A stretch of 64,000 nt of DNA from Lentisphaerae bacterium ADurb.Bin082 (GTDB taxonomy: Bacteria; Verrucomicrobiota; Lentisphaeria; Oligosphaerales; Oligosphaeraceae): NCBI GenBank assembly GCA_002070945.1, contig MWEG01000093.1:4366-68365 (forward strand), given 5' to 3'. A program made the translations under genes and the position numbers. Positions within the stretch are counted from its first letter, which is position 1. Each line of letters opens with the position of its first letter. A model generated the notes under the pieces. That model made no database searches, was not told where the DNA came from, and saw nothing but the letters and a program-made list of their open reading frames with translations. This document shows, one piece after another, positions 39,271-49,000 of this stretch.

Positions 39271-40761
39271 ATGACGGATTCATCTTCCCAACCTGTTTTT
39301 TATTCTCAGGACGTGCCGCGGTCTCCCGGGGTCTATGTCTACCGGAACTCTGCCGGCGAAGTCATCTATGTCGGCAAGGCGCGCAATCTGCGTTCGCGGA
39401 TGAGTTCGTATTTTCGGCCCTCCGGAGCACTGCGCAGCGACCCGCGCCGCCGCGCCCTTATCCACAGCATTGCCTCATACGAGATTTTCCCGGTGGCGAC
39501 GGAGTCTGAAGCGCTGTTGCTGGAGGAGCAGTTCATCAAGCAGTACAAGCCGCGCTACAACGTCGAACTGCGTGATGACAAGCGGTTCTTGCTGGTCTGC
39601 GTCGATCCTGCCGAGCCGTTCCCGCGCCTGCGCCTGGTTCGGATTCGGCGGGATGACAACCGGCTGTACTTCGGCCCGTATCCTCAGGCGACGGCGTTGC
39701 GCGAGGCCGTGCAATTCTTGTCAGTACACTATCGTCTGCGCACCTGTAAGGTCTTGACGCCGAATCCTGAGACGCATCGGCACTGCCTGGAGGAGGTCAT
39801 CCGCGGGTGTCTATGCCCTTGCCTCGGGGCGGTCACGCCGGCGGAATATGGCGAGCAGCTGGACAAGGCGCTTGCTGTTCTGCGGGGCGAATCCAGGCCT
39901 CTGCTAGAGGAATTGACGGAGAAGATGCACAGTGAAGTAGCGGTCATGAATTTTGAGGGCGCCATCCGCACCCGCGATGTGATCAGCTGCCTGAAGGCCA
40001 TGGCCGAACCGACTAGACGCTTCATCAATCAGACGATTGCTCGGCGCAATGCCTCAAGCAATCCAGAGGGCGTTGCAGCATTGCAGGAAGCCCTGGGCTT
40101 GCCGTCCCCGCCCTTGTTTATGGAGTGTTTTGACATGTCGAACATCTCCGGGTCACTCGCCGTGGGGAGCATGGTGTGTTTCCGCCAGGGGCGGCCAGCC
40201 ACAGCGGAGTACCGGCGCTACCGGATTCGTTCCGAGGAAGCGGCTGACGACACCGCCTTTATGCGCGAGGTGCTCCAGCGCCGCTACGGTCGGCTACAGC
40301 GCGAGGGAGGGGCTTTTCCTGATGTGGTGCTGGTTGATGGCGGCGAAAGTCAGCTGGCAGTGGCGGTCGAGGTGTTTGCCAGCCTGGGAGTGACGTCGGT
40401 TCCTCTGTTCGGATTGGCTGAAAAACAGGAACTGGTGATTCGGCCGGATGTGGCAGAACCCCTGAAACTGCCCCGCGAACATGCCGGCTTGAAGCTGTTG
40501 CAGGCGATCCGCGACGAAGCGCACCGCTTCGCCAATGCGTACCACCGCGCTTTGCGCAACCGCCGAATTACAGATTCGATCTTGAATGACATTCCAGGAA
40601 TTGGCGTCAAGCGGCGCCAGCAGATGTTGAGAACCTGCGGTTCCGTGAGGGAGATAGCGCGCATGACCCCTGAACAGCTGGCCGCCGCCGTGCCGGGCAT
40701 CGGCAAGAACACGGCAACACGGGTGATCGCTCATTTGCAGAACGCCCTGGGAGAACCTTGA
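39271..40761 (+). CDS. uvrC: Excinuclease ABC subunit C (compact, 496 aa)
   Basis: GIY-YIG domain (PGVYVYRNSAGEVIYVGKARNLRSRMSSY). UVR domain (LLEELTEKMHSEVAVMNFEGAIRTRDVISCL). Endonuclease core (MECFDMSNISG). C-terminal (HhH)2 (LNDIPGIGVKRRQQML...VPGIGKNTATRV). Confidence 0.88.
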   Translation: MTDSSSQPVFYSQDVPRSPGVYVYRNSAGEVIYVGKARNLRSRMSSYFRPSGALRSDPRRRALIHSIASYEIFPVATESEALLLEEQFIKQYKPRYNVELRDDKRFLLVCVDPAEPFPRLRLVRIRRDDNRLYFGPYPQATALREAVQFLSVHYRLRTCKVLTPNPETHRHCLEEVIRGCLCPCLGAVTPAEYGEQLDKALAVLRGESRPLLEELTEKMHSEVAVMNFEGAIRTRDVISCLKAMAEPTRRFINQTIARRNASSNPEGVAALQEALGLPSPPLFMECFDMSNISGSLAVGSMVCFRQGRPATAEYRRYRIRSEEAADDTAFMREVLQRRYGRLQREGGAFPDVVLVDGGESQLAVAVEVFASLGVTSVPLFGLAEKQELVIRPDVAEPLKLPREHAGLKLLQAIRDEAHRFANAYHRALRNRRITDSILNDIPGIGVKRRQQMLRTCGSVREIARMTPEQLAAAVPGIGKNTATRVIAHLQNALGEP

Positions 40762-40797
40762 ATAAATGACCCTAGTCAGAAAGCCTGCCTGACATGA

Positions 40798-40831
40798 CCA
40801 AGGCCGCCCCGAGGTTCGCGGGCGGCCTTGG
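40798..40831. terminator. GC-rich hairpin between convergent uvrC and the ABC ATPase gene
   Basis: 12-bp perfect stem CCAAGGCCGCCC (40798-40809) / GGGCGGCCTTGG (40820-40831) with a 10-nt loop. There is no clear U-tract on either strand. Confidence 0.4.
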
Positions 40832-40863
40832 TCTATCACGTCACAATGCGAATAGGAGGATGC

Positions 40864-42039
<1,176 letters not shown>

Positions 42040-42131
42040 GATTCGTGTCACTCCTGGGAAAACGACTTGCAAAGGATGTCTGGACGGGCGCTGGACGCCC
42101 GAAGGCATATATTTTTTAAATTAAAGAACAA

Positions 42132-42159
42132 ACTATAAATGAAAAATGCGATTACTCAA
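42132..42159 (-). promoter_or_regulatory. Sigma70-like promoter candidate for the ABC ATPase gene
   Basis: Minus strand reads TTGAGT (42159-42154), a 16-nt spacer, then TATAGT (42137-42132), ~95 nt upstream of ATG 42039. Pattern match only. Confidence 0.35.
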
Positions 42160-42210
42160 GCCGGATGAGATGAAAAAGTGAGAACGGCGCGAAAAATTGG
42201 TCGCCGATTG

Positions 42211-42609
42211 TACGTAGTTCAAGCTTCAGCTTGCCGTACGTAGACCCCATCCAAAAAGGCTTTTTCTCAAAACGGCGCTTTTGTGTCGCCTCTCCGAGGC
42301 TCAGGCTTGGGGGGGGGCATCCACCCCCAGGTTCCGCTCCGCTTCACCTGGGGTTACTCATGGTTGCGCCTCTCCGAGGCTAGGGGCGGCCTTCCGGCCG
42401 CCAGGTCGACACACGTCTGCGTGGAGCCTGTACTACAAGCGCTCATGGCAAAAGTTTACACATTAAACAAAATTTCCGTGTATTCCGCGTGTTCGGTGGT
42501 TACAAAAACAACCCTATAAAAAAATCAGTGTTCATCTGTGTCCATCCGTGGTTAAAACCCTTTTTGGACACCCTCTACGTGGTTCAAGCTTGAGCTTGCC
42601 GTTTTTTTT
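42211..42609. mobile_element. ~400-bp composite non-coding element: boundary repeats + C-type module + terminal-motif copy + GTGGTTA-type internal repeats
   Basis: A 20-nt direct repeat GTTCAAGCTT[C/G]AGCTTGCCG occurs at 42217-42236 and 42582-42601. Just inside it are inverted CCAAAAAGG (42251-42259) and CCTTTTTGG (42559-42567). The C module at 42275-42386 is ~94% identical to 45752-45859. tcatggcaaaagtttacacattaaac (42443-42468) resembles the right end of the 33045-33496 element. The right boundary is followed by T8 (42602-42609). Confidence 0.7.
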
Positions 42610-42638
42610 GCAGTTATTGCCTCAGGTTTATGATGAAA

Positions 42639-44774
42639 TCAGTATATGAACAGCATTTCGCGGTACTTTGGCAGCGGCCAGGCGCTGTCGTCAACCAGGT
42701 GCTCTGTCAGGTCGACGATTTCTCGCAACTCTTCCATGGCTTGCAGGATGCCTTCGTGCTTGCCTTCCAGGGCTGCTTCCAGTTCCGCCGTCGAGGTGAT
42801 CAGCTTGTCCGTAGCTCGGCCGAGCTTTTCCGCTATGGTGCGCAGGCCAGCGGCGCCGTATGATTGACGGCTGCCCTGGATGGTGCGCTGCGCCAAGATG
42901 ATTTTGCCGAATTCCTCGGCAACGACCGGGATGATCATGCTGCGGGCGATTTCCAGCGCGACGCCGCCCTCGATGCGGACTTTGCGGTGGTATTCCTCCA
43001 TGAACACTTCATAACGGGAATTCAGTTCAGCCTTGGTGAAGACGCCGTATTTGACCAGCAGCTTCTGGTTCTGCGGCTTGAGCAGGGGCTTGAGGGCGTC
43101 CATAGTAGCCTTGAGATTAGGCAGTCTGCGGCGTTCTGCTTCGGCTACCCATTCGCTGCTGTAGTTGTCGCCGTTGAAGATGATTCTTCGGTGTTCGCGG
43201 ATGATGTCTTTGAGTACTTCCTGCAAGCCGGCGTTGAAGGATTCCTCTGGCAACTTCTCGATTTTATCGCAGATATAGTCGAGCGATTCGGCGACGATGG
43301 TGTTCAGGACCATGTTGGCGCTGGCGCAGGACTGGCTTGAACCAAGGCCGCGGAATTCAAATTTATTGCCGGTGAAGGCAAATGGGCTGGTGCGGTTGCG
43401 GTCAGTGACGTCGCGGGCCAGGGGGGGCAGGGAGTCGACGCCGATGAGCATGGCGTCAGCGTGCTTGGAGCCGGTGACAGCGCCGTTTTCCAGCTGGTTG
43501 ATGACGTCAGTGAGCTGGTCGCCCAGGAAGATGGAGATGATGGTCGGCGGCGCCTCGTTAGCACCTAAACGGTGGTCGTTGCCAGCGCCAGAGGTGGTTG
43601 ACCGGAGCAGGTCGCTGTGCAAGTCAATGGCTCGGATGATGGCGGCCAGGATGGTCAGGAAGATGGCGTTTTCATGCGGGTCGTTGCCAGGGTCGAGAAG
43701 ATTGCGGTCGCCATAGTTAATCGACCAGTTGTTGTGCTTGCCCGAGCCGTTGATGCCGGCAAAGGGCTTTTCATGCAGCAGGCAGACCAGGCCGTTGCGG
43801 TCGGCGACCTGGCGCAGCACTTCCATGACCATCATGTTGTGGTCGACCGCAAGGTTGAGGTCCTCGAAGATCGGGGCGATTTCAAACTGCGCAGGGGCGA
43901 CTTCGTTATGCCGGGTCTTGGCAGGAATGCCCAGGCGCCAGAGTTCGTTTTCGACTTCGGTCATGAAGGCCAGGATGCGCGGCTTGATGGCGCCGAAATA
44001 ATGGTCTTCCAATTGCTGGTGCTTGGGCGGCGGCGCACCGAACAGCGTCCGCCCAGTCTGCACCAAGTCAGGGCGCAGCAGATAGAACTTCTTGTCAATC
44101 AGAAAATACTCCTGCTCCGGCCCCAGGGTCACAGTGATGATTTCCTCTGGCATCTTGAAGCAACCCATCAGGCGCGCGACTGACTTTTTCAGGGCCTGGA
44201 GCGAGCGGAGCAGCGGCGTCTTCTTGTCCAGAATTTCGCCGGTATAGGAGCAGAATACAGTTGGAATGCAGAGGGTGGCGCCGTTGGCGTGGCGCTTGAT
44301 GAAGGCTGGGCTGGTCGGGTCCCAGGCCGTGTAGCCGCGGGCTTCGAACGTGCTGCGCAGGCCGCCAGAGGGAAAGCTGGAAGCATCAGGTTCGCCGATA
44401 GTCAGGTTTTTGCCGGAAAAGCCCATGAGCGCTTTGCCGGCAGGACTCAGTTCAAGGAAGGCGTCATGCTTTTCCGCCGTGCCGCCGGTCAATGGTTGGA
44501 ACCAGTGCGTGAAATGGGTGGCGCCGCGGCAGATGGCCCATTCTTTCATGGCATGGGCTACCGCGTCGGCAATAGAGGAATCCAACGGCGTGCCTTTTTG
44601 GATGGTAGCTAGCAGCTTCGTGGACATCGCCCTGGGCAGATACTTGCACATGGTTTCAGCATTGAAGACATCCTCGCCATAGCTGGCCAGCGACGCCGGA
44701 CGAGCGGATTGGACGCCGCCATGAGTCCGCTCTGCAATGGCGTTGATGGCTAAAAGGCGGTTTTGAGAGCACAT
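42639..44774 (-). CDS. glnN: Glutamine synthetase, type III
   Basis: 711 aa, the GSIII size class. Motifs APAQFEIAPIFE, HEKPFAGINGSGKHNNWS and NEAPPTIISIFLG. Confidence 0.9.
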   Translation of the reverse strand: MCSQNRLLAINAIAERTHGGVQSARPASLASYGEDVFNAETMCKYLPRAMSTKLLATIQKGTPLDSSIADAVAHAMKEWAICRGATHFTHWFQPLTGGTAEKHDAFLELSPAGKALMGFSGKNLTIGEPDASSFPSGGLRSTFEARGYTAWDPTSPAFIKRHANGATLCIPTVFCSYTGEILDKKTPLLRSLQALKKSVARLMGCFKMPEEIITVTLGPEQEYFLIDKKFYLLRPDLVQTGRTLFGAPPPKHQQLEDHYFGAIKPRILAFMTEVENELWRLGIPAKTRHNEVAPAQFEIAPIFEDLNLAVDHNMMVMEVLRQVADRNGLVCLLHEKPFAGINGSGKHNNWSINYGDRNLLDPGNDPHENAIFLTILAAIIRAIDLHSDLLRSTTSGAGNDHRLGANEAPPTIISIFLGDQLTDVINQLENGAVTGSKHADAMLIGVDSLPPLARDVTDRNRTSPFAFTGNKFEFRGLGSSQSCASANMVLNTIVAESLDYICDKIEKLPEESFNAGLQEVLKDIIREHRRIIFNGDNYSSEWVAEAERRRLPNLKATMDALKPLLKPQNQKLLVKYGVFTKAELNSRYEVFMEEYHRKVRIEGGVALEIARSMIIPVVAEEFGKIILAQRTIQGSRQSYGAAGLRTIAEKLGRATDKLITSTAELEAALEGKHEGILQAMEELREIVDLTEHLVDDSAWPLPKYREMLFIY

Positions 44775-45140
44775 GTTCTAATATTCCTTAGCTGTGGTGA
44801 GGCGCCAGCCCTCGGCCTTAACCAGGGCGTCAGGCCAATGCAACAGGCATCGCGCCAGGGCAGGCATCCAGGCGCGGGAAAGTCAAAAGAGCGAAATAAC
44901 TAACATAAGGTTCTTTGCGAAAATGTAAAATCGCTCGGCTGCAAAGAGAGAAAAACACTGGGGCGCCAGCAGTCGCTGGCAGGCGTCATAAGTAATTGAT
45001 ATGAAAGTTAATGCAACTTCAAGTTTGCATTTTGCAATTAGCGAAGTCGGGATAATAGTATGCTTGACAAGCAGGGAACATCGTCCATTCGGGATGGTGT
45101 TATCGTCATAAAGTGCAATTCAAGGCAAGGAGGCAGGCTT

Positions 45141-45629
45141 ATGAAGAAGTCCAGGCGTTGGAAGCGTATGTCACGGAGCGATGAGTCGTCGTCACCATCG
45201 GGATTGCCGTTGGGCGAGGGCGACTTCGGGTCTGTGGCGGCTGAGCTAGGCGGCGAGGAGAAGCGGATATTGCGGTCTTTGACTGGCCCGGAGGACGAGT
45301 TGCCCTATCCGCGGCGTCCGTTGCAGATGGCCAATGGCGTCATCGTGGAGGAATACATCATCCCTGATTCAGACCGGCAGAAGGTGCTGGAAGAGTTGTT
45401 TATCTTTGCTCCCATGCCCAGTCTGGATGACGAGATGTATGATTTACATGAGAAAACGACGTTCCGAGTGCGAGATTACCGGGTGACACGCGAGGGCGGC
45501 AATAATTTCCTGGTCAGCCCATATTATCCGCGCAGCGGGGGAACCGTCCTGGATTGGGTGGACGTGCCAGAGGACGATGACATTGACCCTGACGGCATGT
45601 TCACACAAATCCGCAAGGTCAAAGAATAG
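45141..45629 (+). CDS. Hypothetical protein (162 aa), no recognisable domain
   Basis: ORF 45060..45629 trimmed to ATG 45141 (AAGGAGG 7 nt upstream). It has a basic N-terminus (MKKSRRWKRMSRS) and an acidic, Asp/Glu-rich remainder, with no TM segment or signal peptide. Confidence 0.5.
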   Translation: MKKSRRWKRMSRSDESSSPSGLPLGEGDFGSVAAELGGEEKRILRSLTGPEDELPYPRRPLQMANGVIVEEYIIPDSDRQKVLEELFIFAPMPSLDDEMYDLHEKTTFRVRDYRVTREGGNNFLVSPYYPRSGGTVLDWVDVPEDDDIDPDGMFTQIRKVKE

Positions 45630-45751
45630 GCGTCTATCTGCAAAAATTGTCTGCGCCAAGGACGCCAAGAAAAAGAATCTTGGCGCTCATGGCGGTGGAA
45701 CGTTCTGTACTACTATCGACCTGCTTTGGGGGAAAGATTTTCTTCAAATCA

Positions 45752-46055
45752 GCGCTTTTGTGTCGCCTCTCCGAGGCTCAGGCTTGGGGGGGACTCCACC
45801 CCAGGTTCCGCTTCGCTTCACCTGGGGTTACTCATGGTTGCGCCTCTCCGAGGCTAGGGCTGCCTTCAGGTCATTCCAGCCAAGCGTGCGGCAGTCTGAA
45901 GCTTGAATTTTTTATGGCAGACATCATCCACAACGTCCGCAGCTCAGAGCGACAAATGCCCTGAAAGGGCGTAACATACCAGCCCAGGGCAAGCGCAAGC
46001 GCCGCCCTGGGTAAGGCGTATAATATTTGGAGTCCTGTAAGGGCGATACATAAGT
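45752..46055. repeat. C-type module (45752-45859) followed by a D-type module (45928-46055)
   Basis: The C copy is near-identical to 42275-42386 and contains two GCCTC-tcc-GAGGC hairpins and CCCCAGG...CCTGGGG. The D copy aligns with 4724-4868 (shared CAACGTCCGCAGCT..., ATACCARCCCAGGGCAAGCG..., GCCCTGGGTRAGGCG...TATAAT). Confidence 0.85.
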
Positions 46056-46099
46056 CAGGTTATTGACGGTAGTCCACCCTAAGTTTTTCGGCTGGGTGC

Positions 46100-49000
46100 T
46101 TACTTCGGGACTTGCTGTTCATCCAGGATGACGATTTTGATTTCATCGGCATTGGCGCGCAGTTCTGGGGCGTACATGCCGGTGATGATGGTGGGCAAAG
46201 CGCTGAAACGGCCAGGGATTTCAGCGCGGACGCGGTAAGTAGCGCTGCGGCGGCCGCGGGGGAGTGCCCGGAGCAGGAAGGCAGTGCGGTCGTCGCGGAA
46301 TTCGACGTAGGCGCCAAAGGCGTTGCCGTTGTAGCCGCTGCGCAAGTCAACCGGTTCGCAGCCAGCCGGCTTGAAGTCCTCCAGCAGGATGTACTCGTAG
46401 TCGTTTTTGCTTTCGACGGTCAATTCGATTTCAAGGAGGTCGCCGCTCTGCACGGGAGCGTCAGAAGCCACAGGCACGCGGCGGTACTTCTCGACGCGCT
46501 TTGACACAACCTGGCCTAAGGCCGACGGCGTCTGGGCGATGCCATCATCGCGGAAGAGCTGGTAGACCTGGCGGTCGATTTTGAGTTCCAGGCCGGTTTT
46601 CCTGATCATGTCCTCAGTCGTGAAATAGGACAGGTAAGTGTTGAAATAGAGCGGCCCGTCGCCAGTCTTGCGGATGAGCAGGGTGTGTTCGCCGGTCGCC
46701 AAATCTTCGCCAGCTAGGTCCAGGGTGAGATTGGCGGTGAAGAGGTTGTCCCGGGTGATGCGCGAAGTCGTCAATGGCTTGCCGTCCAGGGAGATGTCGA
46801 CGGTCAAGTCTGGCGTTTGCTCGCCGGTTTTGGCGATGAAGTCAGCGAAGGCTTCGAGGCAGGCGGCCGTGTCGCGGGTTGAGCGCCAGTAGGTGGCGTG
46901 CTTGCGGTTGTTGAGCAGGTATTTCACCAGGCGCGGAGCCAGGTCGCTGTCTGGCTCCAAGGCAACCAGCAGGCGGAGGAAGGCGGCGTGGGTTTCGATT
47001 TCGTCGCCGTACCAGAACCACCAGAAGCTGCTGTTGCCGAGATTCAGCCAGGCGGTCTGATTTTCGTCGTCAATCACCAGGAATTGCTTCAAGTTGCGGA
47101 GAATGTCAGCGGTGCGGCGCTCGGCCGGGTCAGCGCTCAATCCCAGTCCGAAAAGTGCCAGACCATACTGCGAGAGATGCGATTTGTCGCGGTAGAGCAA
47201 GTCAGCCATTGCTGATTGGCTTTTGCCGGGTTCGGGCGTTTCCGCCAGGACGCGGAAGACGAAGGCGTCGATGTTGTCGGCGCAGGTTTTGTGGTCGCGG
47301 TGGTCTTTTGGCAGCTGGAGGCGGCGCAGTTCTTCGGCCTGATGGTTTTGCAGCCAGGCGATGCCGCGCTGGAGGGCGTCTGCGGGGATGTCGACGCCGG
47401 TGGCTTTGGCGAGCAGGAAGCCATGCACCACCTGTGCGGTCGTATGGGGCCAGGAGCGTTCGCCCCAGCCGCTGAACCATCCCCAGCCGCCATCGACGCA
47501 CTGCATAGCGCACAGGTCGCGCACGCCGGTGGCGGTCATCTTGTCCATTTCGTCTTCGTCAAAGACAGGGTCGCGGTCCATGCGCTTCCATTGCTGGCGG
47601 CGGGTGTCTGGGTCGCCCAGCTCCTGGGCGTTGAGATTGGCTCGCTGCTTTTGGAGGTCAGACAGGTTCAGATCCAGTTGACGCAGGGTGTCGCGGGTCA
47701 GGACGGCTGGCAGGAACCGGCTCAGGGTCTGTTCAGTGCAGCCGTAGGGGTAGTCAAGCAGGTAGGGAATGGCGTCCAGCATGGCCATGGCCAGGCTGGG
47801 CGACCAGCGCACGGTCAGGCGAGTCGTCTCCGGCCGTCGTTCCGCAGGGATGACCAGCTTCACCTGGGCGCTGGTTTGCTTTGGCCGCAGAAAGCCGGTC
47901 GCGGCAACGGTTTTGTCAATGCCATGCACTTTGACTGGAAAGCGCTGCTCCATGGCGTCAGACTCAGCTTGCGCCAAGGCAAACATCCGGATCACGGCTT
48001 CGCCTTCCTGGACGGTCTTGGCGCACCAGTCAACGCGGGCTTCGGCACCAGCAGCGATGACAACGGTCTGGGCTGGCGAAGACATCATCTCCAGGCAGGG
48101 GCCGTCAAGTTCCAGCTTGACCTCGACGGTCTGATCCGCAGGCAGGTAGTTGTGGACATTGGCGGTGAGAACCACCTCGTCTTTCTCCACCAGGAAGCGC
48201 GGCGCTTGCAGGCGGAGGATCAGGTCTTTGCAGGTGATCAGCTCGGTTGCGCCCATGCCGACGCGGGTATGGGCGTCCACCCCCCAGACGCGCATTTTCC
48301 AGGTCGTCAAGTTTTCCGGCATGGGCACTGTCACTGTGGCGGTGCCGTCGGGCTGAGTGTCAAGGCTGGCGATCCAGAGCGCGGTGTCGGCGAATTGGCT
48401 GCGGATGGCGACTGGGGCGGCGCCCGCGTCGTCGCCGCCGTCGTCGAAAGCGCTTTCCTTGGCGAGGTTGCTTCCGGAAAGCCGGGCGCGCGCGGGGGCA
48501 GGAGCGTACATGTCCCCGGAGTTGGCGGGTACGGGGCGCGAGTCCATATCGCCGGCGGCGCCGGAGGCCAGAACATCGCCTCCTCTTAGAGCACCTGCGC
48601 GGTAACCCTGGGTGGCGAACACTTCGGTCTGCTCGCTGAAGATGCCGATGACGGGCATGTGCTCTTCGTTTTTCCGGAGGCAGTTGTCGAGCCGCCAGTC
48701 CATGACACTGCCATTGAGGTAGTGGTGACGCCGCCATTTCCAGAAGGCGGCGCGGATATCGCCGGTATTGTCGCCGCCTGCGATGTAATCAAGGCTGGCG
48801 TCATAGACGGCCACGGTCAGGTTGCCGGTGAAGGGCTGGCCAGCGGCGTCAGTCAGCTTGACGTTTACTTCGGCCTGGCTGCCAGGACGATGGCGGACCT
48901 GGTCGGGAAGCACCTCGACCTGGAGGATTTTTTTCTCCGGCGGCACAAAGATTTCCCGGATGACGTGGTGCATCTCACCATTGGCGATGGTGTATGCCTC

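Noticed and set aside
39271-40761. Short UvrC (496 aa) considered as a Cho-like or truncated UvrC homologue
   Set aside because: All four UvrC modules are present (GIY-YIG, UVR, endonuclease core, C-terminal HhH pair). It is compact, not truncated.
44775-45140. Sigma-54 (-24/-12) promoter or glutamine riboswitch in the glnN leader
   Set aside because: The best TGGC-containing stretch (CTGGCGCCCCAGTGTTT on the minus strand) lacks the GC at the -12 position. I see no sequence resembling the glnA RNA motif. Only an imperfect palindrome (45010-45031) is noted.
47216-48589. 457-aa + strand ORF, plus other + ORFs inside the giant A2M gene, and 59477..60922 (-) inside the second A2M gene
   Set aside because: These are shadow ORFs antisense to A2M genes whose frames are continuous and motif-bearing over 5-6 kb.
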